Source of the DNA: a virus
Length of the DNA: 64,000 nt
Virus record (IMG/VR): IMGVR_UViG_2935901341_000001
Span: 7,424 to 71,423 of that record
Reading direction: 5' to 3' (one strand)
Position numbers and translations under genes: made by a program. Of the stretch, positions 1 through 8,443 are shown piece after piece; the first letter of the stretch is position 1; every line of letters begins with the position of its first letter. The notes below the pieces were generated by a model. That model did not search any database, was not told the origin of the DNA, and was given only the letters and a program-made list of their open reading frames with translations.

Positions 1-79
1 GGAAATTCAGCGAGCGGGTGCGGTCTCGATGATCACAGGCGCCGACTACGCGCCGATCGTCAGCTGATCCCTGGAGGTC

Positions 80-283
80 ATGCAGATGGGCACGTTTAAC
101 GGACAAGAATTCGGCAAGGAAGTCGTCGCTATCGTGACGGACTATCTCGAACGGACCCTGTCTCCCATAGCGGCTCGTCTCGACGCGGTTGAGGCCCGTC
201 TCGCGCTTCTTGAAGCTCAGGCCGGCGCGACAAAGGCCAAGCCGATTGTTCGCATCGCCGCGCGCTCGGGGCCGACAACATGA
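80..283 (+). CDS. Small hypothetical phage protein (coiled-coil)
   Basis: 67-aa ORF preceded by GGAGG; ATGA overlap with the next ORF. Confidence 0.55.
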   Translation: MQMGTFNGQEFGKEVVAIVTDYLERTLSPIAARLDAVEARLALLEAQAGATKAKPIVRIAARSGPTT

Positions 284-486
284 TGACGGTCGATGACGTC
301 CAGCAGGTCGATGCGGTGCTCTGCGAGGACGGCCGGAATGTCGGCTTTTACGCTTGGAGAGCCGACGATGAATCGATCTTCTGGTCGATCTCGCTGGGGC
401 CGATGATAGTCAACGAGGACGCCTTCGACGACATGCTGCCGGAGTGGGTTACGCTTGGCTGGGAGATGCTCGTTCAGCAGGCGTAG
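280..486 (+). CDS. Small acidic hypothetical protein
   Basis: 68-aa ORF translationally coupled to 80-283. Confidence 0.45.
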   Translation: MMTVDDVQQVDAVLCEDGRNVGFYAWRADDESIFWSISLGPMIVNEDAFDDMLPEWVTLGWEMLVQQA

Positions 487-562
487 CGGGGGGGGTGGGC
501 AAAGCCAAAATGGCCGGCCGGCAAAAGACCCGCGCGCCCCTCACGGCCGGAATTTTTTTTGG
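487..562 (+). other. cos-like packaging-signal region
   Basis: G-run, then GGTGGGCAAA...GACCCGCGCGCCCCTCACG...GAATTTTTTTT, the pattern typically seen just upstream of terS in cos phages. Confidence 0.4.
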
Positions 563-602
563 CGCCGGCAAAACATCGTCACGGAGGTTTTTCCAGTCCG
601 CT

Positions 603-935
603 ATGAAGGAACCTTCGACAGGAATATGCAAAGGCGGTCGGCCGCCGCATCGCCCCTCTGACACGGACCGGCGGATTGTTGAATTGGCCGCCAGCTATGC
701 CGTTCCTACTATCAAGATCGCGGAACTCCTGGCTATCAGCCAAAAAACGCTTTTTCGGCACTACCGATCGCAGCTCAATGTGGGCGCCGCTCGCGTTGAG
801 GCCGCGCTCGCGCTGCGGCTCTATGAGCTTGCCGCCGGCCGGGGCGACATCGCTCTCCGGGCGACCATCTTCATATTGAAGGCGCGTTTCGGGTGGTCGC
901 CGTACCTGCCGGCGCCGCGCCGGCCTTTAGGCTAA
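603..935 (+). CDS. Terminase small subunit-like HTH protein
   Basis: GRPPHRPSD...IAELLAISQKTLFRHYRSQL...ATIFILKARFGW resembles HTH-type TerS proteins; start moved to ATG 603. Confidence 0.55.
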   Translation: MKEPSTGICKGGRPPHRPSDTDRRIVELAASYAVPTIKIAELLAISQKTLFRHYRSQLNVGAARVEAALALRLYELAAGRGDIALRATIFILKARFGWSPYLPAPRRPLG

Positions 936-1594
936 TGCCGGCTATTGTTGCGCACCTCCAAGGTCTTAATTCTGCGTGTCGAATGGACGGCCAGCACGTT
1001 GCATACGAATCTGATTCCGGCCCAACGAGCGCTAAGCGCAGTCAGTAGGTACTGAGTGGAGAAGAGGACCGCTGCCAGCCACGGGGCGGCCGTAGCAGTG
1101 CTAATCCAGTACAGTGACAAGGGGACGAGTACGACCAGCGGCAGGGACACGGCAGCCATATCTCGGTACATCAAGAAATCCTTGTGAACACCTGCCACAG
1201 CAGGGTCGTTTTGAACGAGCTTATAGAGCTTGTACCACTTGGCGTTCTGGTCGGAAGGAGCAGTGGGTAGGGTTCCGACGTTCTTTTTCAGCGCGGCCAT
1301 ATCAACGCGGCGGTCACCGGGACCGTACTTGGTGAAGGCTTCGCAGCCGGGTAATACGCCGCGCGGTTTCCAATACACGAGCATTGCCTTTACGTCAGGC
1401 GGAAGCACGTTCGCGACCAGAAGCACTACAACGGGCATCACCGTTGTGGTCATTACACGTCCGATGCCGACTTGGGTGAGCGTTGCCCCGCTCAGGAACT
1501 CCGGTGCGACGAACAGCAGCACGGCGAGTACATCGGCGACGGCGAGCAGTACCAGCCATTTCATATTGAGCGACTTCGGGTCAGTACTCTTCAT
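932..1594 (-). CDS. Four-TM membrane protein, putative effector partner of the MBL hydrolase
   Basis: Two hydrophobic pairs flank a soluble loop (LPGCEAF...QNAKWYKLY...HKDFLMYRD); ATGA overlap with the upstream hydrolase. Confidence 0.8.
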   Translation of the reverse strand: MKSTDPKSLNMKWLVLLAVADVLAVLLFVAPEFLSGATLTQVGIGRVMTTTVMPVVVLLVANVLPPDVKAMLVYWKPRGVLPGCEAFTKYGPGDRRVDMAALKKNVGTLPTAPSDQNAKWYKLYKLVQNDPAVAGVHKDFLMYRDMAAVSLPLVVLVPLSLYWISTATAAPWLAAVLFSTQYLLTALSARWAGIRFVCNVLAVHSTRRIKTLEVRNNSRH

Positions 1595-2454
1595 CCCCAG
1601 CACTCCGTGTCGATGAAGTAGTCTCCGTTGGCATTCACCGTGAATTGAATCCAGCCATCGCGGCGAGTTGTGAGAACGTGACGGTTCTTCGTGGTCGTGC
1701 GGACGCGGACGCCCTGATCGCGTACGACGCGGCGGTAGTCGGGAACGGTTCGCTGCGTATCATGCTCGATAGGTTTGTCCGAAATGACCACAGCGTCAGG
1801 AGTAAAGTAGGTGAAGATGTCCGGGCAATATCCGTTCTCGCGGCCGTGGTGGGACGCTACAAGAATGTTGGTGCCGATTAGTTCAGCGCAGAAGTCCCGA
1901 CGCTGGAGCAGCGCGAGCCAGCCAGCTTTCTCCAGGTCGCCGGGAAATAGGATTTTAAAGCCGTGGTACTTGAAGAACACAACCAGACTCAGGTCGTTAG
2001 TATTCAGGAAAAGCGGGTATGGATTCGAGAAGACCGAAGCCTGAATACCGCCCATGTTCGCGTTAAAGGGCGTATTGGTCGGGATGTTGAAGCTGTCGCA
2101 AGCTTCCACGTACCACGAAGCGTCCTTGCTCAACGGGCCACCCAAGGACTTGATAGCCCGCATCTCTTGCCCAGAATAAGAATTGTTACGAAAGAGCGTG
2201 TCGACGTAGATGCCCTCGGCCTGCAGGCCACGCAGGTCCGCCATGTGGTCCTGATCGGCGTTGGTGATGAACAAGTAGTCGAGCCTGTCCCTCCCCAACT
2301 CTCTGCGGATGTACGTACTTGGACGCCAATCGTCGGTGCAACCCGAGTCGATCATTCCCAGCCGGCCATCGAACTGGCCGTTGACGTGCTGCACCATCGC
2401 GCAAGCACCGTGCTGCACATCCCAGATGCGCAACCGCATCTCGCCTAGCATCAT
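1591..2454 (-). CDS. ComEC/Rec2-like metallo-beta-lactamase-fold hydrolase
   Basis: DVQHGAC, IDSG, TNADQDH (degenerate HxHxDH), NDLSLV, FPGDLE, ASHHGRENG motifs. Confidence 0.85.
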   Translation of the reverse strand: MMLGEMRLRIWDVQHGACAMVQHVNGQFDGRLGMIDSGCTDDWRPSTYIRRELGRDRLDYLFITNADQDHMADLRGLQAEGIYVDTLFRNNSYSGQEMRAIKSLGGPLSKDASWYVEACDSFNIPTNTPFNANMGGIQASVFSNPYPLFLNTNDLSLVVFFKYHGFKILFPGDLEKAGWLALLQRRDFCAELIGTNILVASHHGRENGYCPDIFTYFTPDAVVISDKPIEHDTQRTVPDYRRVVRDQGVRVRTTTKNRHVLTTRRDGWIQFTVNANGDYFIDTECWG

Positions 2455-2810
2455 GAAATTCCCCCACGCTATCTGGAATATGACGGAGCACAACCAGGAG
2501 CATCGAGCTGCACAAAAGCTCACCCGATAAGCGCGATTCGTGGAGCGGAGGTCAATCCGGGGGCCAGCATTGTCCACCGCGCATTTCATGCGGATTCGGT
2601 CGCGCTATCAAGCGGGCCGGCGAGCTGCTGAAGGAATTTGATGACAGAGGCCGCCCGGCCAAAAATAGTGACGATGCCGTCACTAATATTTCGCTGCGTG
2701 AAGCTGCCGAGGCCGCCGGCATGTCCGAACGCCAGAAGGTCACCGCCATCCGAGTCGCCAATGTTCATTCTAGAGATTTAAGAACACAGCATCGCGTTGA
2801 TTAGCGAAAA

Positions 2811-3128
2811 TCAGTGGTAATTTTCCCGCAGAAATATCATGTATATTCCCGGGAGTACCCACAAATATAGCGAATAGATAGTGAGCTTTCGCCTCAATCT
2901 TTTGCACTCATTTGCGATTTCCGGAGGACAACTTGGATGGCCGTACGCTATTCCCGTAACAATGCTTCCGAAGGCATGGTATGTGATCGGGCCATACTTT
3001 TCTGCGCGAGCGGCGAGACGTTCATTTTGAAAATAAAACCAGACGGTCAGCAAGCAAATCGCGTACATGTCAACGCCCAGGACGACGCGAATCCCCAGAC
3101 TAATCTGATCATGACTTAAGCCGCCCAT
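2811..3128 (-). CDS. Small two-TM hypothetical protein
   Basis: 105-aa ORF in AT-richer DNA with N- and C-terminal hydrophobic segments. Confidence 0.5.
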   Translation of the reverse strand: MGGLSHDQISLGIRVVLGVDMYAICLLTVWFYFQNERLAARAEKYGPITYHAFGSIVTGIAYGHPSCPPEIANECKRLRRKLTIYSLYLWVLPGIYMIFLRENYH

Positions 3129-3315
3129 TGCATTGCCTCTCGCCGGTTAGTGCTACCATGCCGCGAGCAAGTTTAGTTTGCAAGCGACAGCAGCGCGGAT
3201 TGATGGGCGGGCCGTCAAAGAGCGGCCTCCACACGCGATGTTCGGCACGGAGCATATCCCCCCCGGCCCTGCCGACGAAACGCGCTGGCGGCCCCGTGAG
3301 AGGCAAGGCGGAGCA

Positions 3316-3816
3316 TCAGCGCCGGGTAGATAGCCGCCAGAGTTCGGCAAGGTCATCAAGGCTCATACGGAGGCAATCCGCTGCTGTCAGCCTTTCCCGT
3401 TTTCCCGCGAAAATCTCAGTCAGTGCAAACCCTTCGCCGCAGACGGCGGACACAAGGCCGTACATCCGGGCCCCGAGGAGAGCCCGGCATCGGGCCAGCT
3501 CCTTGCCCGCGTTGACCTCCCTCTCGGTGATAGGATCGCGGGCCTTGCCACCGTCGACATGTTCCTTGCCGTAGTCGATGGCGCCGGCTCCCTTTCCACC
3601 GATCGATTCCCACAGCGCCCGGAAGCGCGTCGCGGCTGCTACCTGAGCAGCGTCGAGAACTCCCCTTGCCGCCATTGTCGTGATGGCCGATTCGCGGACG
3701 TTCATCATTGCGACGACATCGCGAGGGTTCGTCTCATCCGCCGGATGGGCGCGGGAATGAAAGGGATTCTCCACGAGGACAGGGCGGAGCTTTAATTTCT
3801 TGGATGGCGCGGGCAT
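3316..3816 (-). CDS. Phage DUF6456/Q-like late regulator-type protein
   Basis: GVLDAAQVAAATRFRALWE...GAIDYGKEHVDGG...LVSAVCGEG pattern of alphaproteobacterial prophage Q-position genes; start moved to ATG 3816. Confidence 0.65.
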   Translation of the reverse strand: MPAPSKKLKLRPVLVENPFHSRAHPADETNPRDVVAMMNVRESAITTMAARGVLDAAQVAAATRFRALWESIGGKGAGAIDYGKEHVDGGKARDPITEREVNAGKELARCRALLGARMYGLVSAVCGEGFALTEIFAGKRERLTAADCLRMSLDDLAELWRLSTRR

Positions 3817-3966
3817 GGACGGAGAATGACAGAACATCAAGGGCAGGAAAAGTGCGGCGCAGCCGGGGTTTTGACCGGCGTCTATGTGCCATCCTATGTG
3901 CCGTGGAGCTGCCGGGAGCCAAAAGAGCCTCGCGGAACTTCGTTGTAATTGTTGGTAAGATTTTGC

Positions 3967-3987
3967 GGCACATGAATGGCACATGAA
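3967..3987. repeat. Tandem direct repeat GGCACATGAA x2 (possible integrase arm-type sites)
   Basis: Exact copies at 3967-3976 and 3978-3987, about 60 bp from the tRNA 3' end. Confidence 0.5.
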
Positions 3988-4009
3988 AGGCCCCGGAAGT
4001 CCGGAGCCT
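3984..4009 (-). terminator. Probable intrinsic terminator downstream of tRNA-Cys
   Basis: AGGCTCCGGA-CT-TCCGGGGCCT hairpin followed by TTC on the minus strand. Confidence 0.5.
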
Positions 4010-4043
4010 CTTGCTAAGTCGCTGTTTTTGTTGTGGAATTTAT

Positions 4044-4117
4044 TGGAGGCCTCGCCCGGAATTGAACCGGGGTACAAGGATTTGCAGTCCTCTGCGTCAC
4101 CACTCCGCCACGAGGCC
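4044..4117 (-). tRNA. tRNA-Cys (GCA), CCA encoded
   Basis: GGCCTCGTGGCGGAGTGGTGACGCAGAGGACTGCAAATCCTTGTACCCCGGTTCAATTCCGGGCGAGGCCTCCA folds as a cloverleaf with a GCA anticodon. Confidence 0.97.
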
Positions 4118-4158
4118 TCACCTGTGACCGACAGCGAAAAATATCGTGTGGTGGCGCG

Positions 4159-4187
4159 GATTTAGAATGATCCTAACGGAAGCGCAA
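4159..4187 (-). promoter_or_regulatory. Sigma70-type promoter of tRNA-Cys
   Basis: TTGCGC-N17-TAAATC followed by a GC-rich discriminator CGCGCCACC. Confidence 0.6.
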
Positions 4188-4192
4188 GAGGG

Positions 4193-4227
4193 TTCATTCT
4201 GAATTCGGTCCTTTTTTCATTCTGAAT
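4193..4227. repeat. Direct repeat TTCATTCTGAAT x2, each containing the palindrome TTCA-N3-TGAA
   Basis: Copies at 4193-4204 and 4216-4227, just upstream of the tRNA -35 box. Confidence 0.6.
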
Positions 4228-4382
4228 AAGTGTTTCCAGAACGTTCCTCGTTGGCGAGTGGTCTAGGCATCCTTGTCAAGCTGGCCATGATCGGTCCCCT
4301 CCCCATGGAGCGTCCAGTCCTGCGGGACGGTGCTTTCCTATCCACCTCGGACCGGTTGTCGGGACCGCGCCAGTATCCACGT

Positions 4383-4676
4383 TCACCGGGTTCGTCCCGG
4401 TCGTCCCGGAGTATTATCGCAGACCCATGTTGCAGGACCGTCAATAAACGCGGTGTAAGTGTCATCGAATTGCTGATCGCAAGCTGCTTGGACGTCGACA
4501 ACGATCTTTATCTTGTCGTCCACACAAAGAACTTTCCCGTTGCTAACCTTCGCGCTTGAGCCTGGAAAATTGGACCTGCAGTAAAGATCAAAGTCAGGGA
4601 ATTCCTCGCCGGAGTAGGCGGGTTTCGTAAAAGGAAGGAGGATCAACACTGCAATCGAACAGATCCGAACCAACAC
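4383..4676 (-). CDS. Secreted Cys-rich small protein (cargo)
   Basis: Signal-peptide-like N-terminus (ending PAYS), DFDLYCR...VLC...AAC...WVC. Confidence 0.6.
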   Translation of the reverse strand: MLVRICSIAVLILLPFTKPAYSGEEFPDFDLYCRSNFPGSSAKVSNGKVLCVDDKIKIVVDVQAACDQQFDDTYTAFIDGPATWVCDNTPGRPGRTR

Positions 4677-4789
4677 GCAGAGATCCCCTTCACTATTTGA
4701 AATAGTTTAATTTAATACATTGCTAATGTAAAATCCAATCATTTGATGTAGTATTGCTTTCGTTACCAATCTTCAACGTGGAGGCAAAA

Positions 4790-5248
4790 ATGCGCAGCGC
4801 GAGTACAAAATGCGTTTATATGCTGCTCGCTGGGATCGCAGGTATCGCGTGTGACATGAACTATTCAATCGCCGATGACTTCTTTACAGACTCCTGGCAC
4901 AAAATGGAGGATGCCACTCATAGTGTCGGTGACGGTGCGAAACATCTCGGGGGCGAGGTTATTAAGGAAGGGATAAAAGTATTCCACCCTGACCCTCCTG
5001 ATTGCAGGAACAAAGAAAACCTGCAGCCTGGCTGCCCGGGGTATAAACCGAACCGGCACCAGAATTTAGCGCGAGACGTTAGGGCTCGTGGTAATCTGCG
5101 TTGCAATGGCCCCGGTGATAAGCGTTATTCAGCCGGCTCGCGTGCATGCTTTACGGACAATGAGGAATACTTTTGTACAGGCGTTTCAGATAATTCCGGC
5201 GACCCAAATAATGCTATGTGGGAATCCACGGGGGGCAAGTGCAAATAA
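4790..5248 (+). CDS. Secreted Cys-rich protein (cargo)
   Basis: GGAGG RBS before ATG 4790; hydrophobic N-terminus; several Cys in the C-terminal half. Confidence 0.65.
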   Translation: MRSASTKCVYMLLAGIAGIACDMNYSIADDFFTDSWHKMEDATHSVGDGAKHLGGEVIKEGIKVFHPDPPDCRNKENLQPGCPGYKPNRHQNLARDVRARGNLRCNGPGDKRYSAGSRACFTDNEEYFCTGVSDNSGDPNNAMWESTGGKCK

Positions 5249-5371
5249 GTCACGCTGGATGGATGCGGGGCCAACGGATACTGATTCCGACCTGAGTATC
5301 TGTTGGCCCCACTTATTTTTGCACTTTGGGTCAAAGATCTGTGGCCGATACTGGGGCAAAAACGCCGACCG

Positions 5372-6424
5372 CTATCTATCCTCATTGAGTTGATAGATGG
5401 TGGCTTGATCGGCGGCGTCTCGCAGACCCTTATAAGACGCGTGCCGCAACTTCCCGTCATGCGTCCAGGCCCGGTATTCGATCTCGGCGACAAGCTTCGG
5501 CCAGACGAAGACCGCGTTTCGCTTCCGCCCGGTATCGACGGCGGGTTTGTCGATGGTCAGATTGTCCAACTTCTTCCGGAGATCAGCCGCAGAGTGTTCG
5601 TTAAAGCCGGTTCCGACTCCCCCAACATAGACGAGCTCGTTTCCCTTGCGCGCGGCAAGCAACAGCCGGCCGATGCCTCCGAACGATGCCGTCGACTTCT
5701 CATAGCCAATGATCACAAAGCCATCGCTCTGAATGCATTTGATCTTCAACCAGTCGCCCAACCGGCCGCTCCGATAGGTGCTGTTCCGGTCTTTCGCGAT
5801 GATGCCCTCTAGGCCATGCTCGCAGGCGATCCGCAGGAGCACGTCTCCATCCGCCTCGATCTCCTCGGATAATCGAATGGCATCTTCGCCCCCGGCAGGC
5901 ACCAAGCCCTCGAGGAGATGGCGCCGTGCCGAGAGTTCGGTTCCGGTGAGGTCACGGCCATCGAAATAGAGCAGATCGAAAGCCAGAAAGACCGCTTCCC
6001 GCGACGTCCGCTTCCCGCCCCGGCCGCCAAGAGATTGCTGAAGCCTGCCGAAATCCGACCGACCCAACTCGTCGAACACAACGGCTTCGCCGTCCAATAT
6101 CGCGGTAGAGACGGAAAGGCGTTTCGCCTGGGCGACAATCGCGGGGAAACGATCTGTCCAGTCATGGCCGCCGCGCGTGAGGATGCGCACGCCAGATGGC
6201 TCGATATGAACCGCCAGGCGGTAGCCGTCCCACTTCACCTCGAAGGCCCATTGCCGGCCTTTGGGCGGCTTGGTCTTGAGGAGAGCAAGACAAGGATCGA
6301 CACGATCCGGCATGGGGTCGAGGGGAAGATTCGGTTGCGCGGGATTTCGAGGCTTGCGCGGCCGGGATCGAACCGGCCTGTCAGCGTCCTGCAGAAGGGG
6401 CTTTGGTGTTGGCGGCTTTGTCAT
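5372..6424 (-). CDS. ligD: ATP-dependent DNA ligase (LigD ligase-domain type)
   Basis: EVKWDGYR (motif I), LDGEAVV, AFDLL, EGIIAK, WLKIK, OB-fold ending LRHASYKGLR. Confidence 0.93.
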   Translation of the reverse strand: MTKPPTPKPLLQDADRPVRSRPRKPRNPAQPNLPLDPMPDRVDPCLALLKTKPPKGRQWAFEVKWDGYRLAVHIEPSGVRILTRGGHDWTDRFPAIVAQAKRLSVSTAILDGEAVVFDELGRSDFGRLQQSLGGRGGKRTSREAVFLAFDLLYFDGRDLTGTELSARRHLLEGLVPAGGEDAIRLSEEIEADGDVLLRIACEHGLEGIIAKDRNSTYRSGRLGDWLKIKCIQSDGFVIIGYEKSTASFGGIGRLLLAARKGNELVYVGGVGTGFNEHSAADLRKKLDNLTIDKPAVDTGRKRNAVFVWPKLVAEIEYRAWTHDGKLRHASYKGLRDAADQATIYQLNEDR

Positions 6425-6511
6425 GCCGCCATCCCATCAGCAATGCTTTAAAAAGCAATTGCCCAATAAGTATTATCGACGCCCCTGATGATGAGCACAT
6501 GTCAGCACCTC

Positions 6512-7228
6512 TCAAAATCTTTGAGGACCAGGCACTTCGCCACTCACATCTCGGTCGCCGTCCCAGTACCCGTCCGCCACCGGACCGGGGCCAAAGAAAT
6601 CGTTCGGATCAAATCGTAGAGCCATGGCTTCGACGACGCGAGGATCCGCAGCATGTTTCAGATATAGCTCATTGAGAGCCTTCGCTCGCTCATCCCTGAT
6701 GACTTTGGCTCTGTCTGCGGCGATTGGCGCTAATTCCCGCAAGTCCGCGATCGCAGCGCCGAGATATTTTGCTCGCCTCCGGCTGAATTTAAAGTTTTCG
6801 TCGTCGGCGCCGACCCTCACCGTTGCCCGCTCGTCAAGCCATTTCAAACCGTATTCCTTGGTTGGGCTACCAAAATGCGCGATTACCTTGTCCCGTAGAT
6901 CGGTGATCTTGTCGTGCTTTTTGCGTTGGTCAGCGGTGTATTTGCCTGCCCCAATGGGATTTCGCGCGCTACCCCCCGAGTGAGTAGCTCGGCAGTAGCT
7001 AATGACCGCGTGGGTCATCAAAGCCCCTGAAAACTTTTCCGCCACAACCCGATCTGTATGAATCTCAGCGAGAGTATCGAGCGATCCGATGACGTCGTAT
7101 GTTAATTCGCACAAAACAGATGCCGCAGCCTCGAATAGGCCGATCGCATTGGTGAAATCTTCCAGGTCTACATGTTTTTTGAGGGTGCGCTTAACAAGGG
7201 TTAGATCGATAGCGAACCTGTCTTCCAT
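6512..7228 (-). CDS. Hypothetical protein with HEPN-like Rx4H motif
   Basis: AVISYCR...HDKITDLRDKVIAH; GAGGAG RBS before ATG 7228. Confidence 0.7.
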   Translation of the reverse strand: MEDRFAIDLTLVKRTLKKHVDLEDFTNAIGLFEAAASVLCELTYDVIGSLDTLAEIHTDRVVAEKFSGALMTHAVISYCRATHSGGSARNPIGAGKYTADQRKKHDKITDLRDKVIAHFGSPTKEYGLKWLDERATVRVGADDENFKFSRRRAKYLGAAIADLRELAPIAADRAKVIRDERAKALNELYLKHAADPRVVEAMALRFDPNDFFGPGPVADGYWDGDRDVSGEVPGPQRF

Positions 7229-7352
7229 GTGATTCTCCTCGCTGGGTGGCAGCATCTCATGCCGCTGCGGTCCTGGCGATATGTTACTCGCAGATTTGCG
7301 AGTCGACGCCCTGACTGCAGTGCTGTCTTCTTCGAAAAAAAGGAGGCAAACT

Positions 7353-7757
7353 ATGAGATCATTTCATACAACTGTGCAGGTTGACATCGCGCTCTGGGCG
7401 GTCACCTTCGTCAGCGAGTTTGGTTTCGACGAAACCAGGATCCTGACCCGCGCCGAGTTCATCATGCCAGATCAATACCAGCCAAAATACAGATGGCGCG
7501 AGACGTGGCCCGGAGAAGGCCATCAGGACTTCGCCGGGTTCGACGGTGAACAGTCTTTCGGCCGCATTCAATTAGACGCGCTGACCAGCAGCAGGTTGGG
7601 CATGTGGAAGTGGAACGCCACCCACGTTCCATGGGTGCGAGAGCACATCGCGCCTCACAGCGGATGGGAGGCAACGTACCGGGAGGCGTGCTGTAAGGTG
7701 GAGGAGCATTACGAGAAGCTGCTGGAATCGCACAGTCGGCCGAAAAGCGGTGGATGA
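7353..7757 (+). CDS. Hypothetical protein (Trp-rich, rhizobial type)
   Basis: AGGAGG RBS before ATG 7353; YRWRETWPG...WKWN...GWEAT; alternative start at 7464. Confidence 0.65.
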   Translation: MRSFHTTVQVDIALWAVTFVSEFGFDETRILTRAEFIMPDQYQPKYRWRETWPGEGHQDFAGFDGEQSFGRIQLDALTSSRLGMWKWNATHVPWVREHIAPHSGWEATYREACCKVEEHYEKLLESHSRPKSGG

Positions 7758-7829
7758 CGCTCTTCGGAGAAGGCATATCGTACAGCGCTTGAACGGACGT
7801 CTTTCCGCCCTATCCTGATTCCAGGGGTT

Positions 7830-8042
7830 ATGAGGGCCGTTATGATCCGATCCAAGATAGCAGAAGTACAAACGACGATGAGCGACGAAGAAGTCGCCCT
7901 CTGCCAAAGGGTGTATGATCACGTCAGGTTGGCGCGACACGTGACAAGAGATGGCGACCTTGATGAGCTGGCCAGACGGATCATCCAATCCTTCCAGCAC
8001 GGGGTCACGGACGAGGACGCGTTGACGCGGCTTGTGATTTAG
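7830..8042 (+). CDS. Small hypothetical protein
   Basis: 70-aa helical ORF typical of rhizobial accessory DNA (ELARRIIQSFQHGV). Confidence 0.6.
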   Translation: MRAVMIRSKIAEVQTTMSDEEVALCQRVYDHVRLARHVTRDGDLDELARRIIQSFQHGVTDEDALTRLVI

Positions 8043-8189
8043 AAGCCCTGGCTAGATGGCCTTTTTCAGTACATTAGCGGCCGCCCAACGCACAGGAGAG
8101 TTAGTGCTCGGGGTTTAGCAAGAATCGCTGAGCGGCCCGCTGAATGATTTAAACTATTACTCGAAAAACCGAAGTCAATTTGTATTTTC

Positions 8190-8204
8190 GGACGAAACAG
8201 GAAC
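8190..8204. promoter_or_regulatory. Possible alphaproteobacterial LexA box
   Basis: GGAC-GAAACAG-GAAC, one mismatch to GAAC-N7-GAAC, in AT-rich intergenic DNA. Confidence 0.35.
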
Positions 8205-8343
8205 AATAACCTCTTTAGTTGAAAATTAATCTGTGGGCGCAGAAGCTCTGGAAAGTAATATTTATTGCAAATCCATGTAAGTTATGCGAACTAACTTATT
8301 GCAGCGCAACACATGCTGCCTAGAAAGCACCCCCCTTCCTAAT

Positions 8344-8368
8344 CCCCGCGTCGCGGGGTTTTCTTTTT
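8344..8368 (+). terminator. Intrinsic terminator
   Basis: CCCCGC-GTC-GCGGGG followed by TTTTCTTTTT. Confidence 0.7.
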
Positions 8369-8443
8369 GTGGGCCAGCGTAAACTTCAATGAATCTCTCA
8401 ACCGACCGGTAACCAGATTTAGCCCCAGATATGGCCGGGCAGG

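Larger units (their letters stand above)
1..4043. mobile_element. Satellite-like or degenerate phage element integrated at the 3' end of tRNA-Cys; continues past the left edge
   Basis: Begins right after the tRNA CCA end. Contains tandem arm-like repeats, a phage DUF6456/Q-like gene, a cos-like signal and a TerS-like gene, but no terL follows. Integrase not in window. Confidence 0.55.

Noticed and set aside
4217-4501. 94-aa minus-strand ORF as a separate gene
   Set aside because: Overlaps the secreted-protein ORF in another frame and has no RBS or motif; at most a frameshifted tail.
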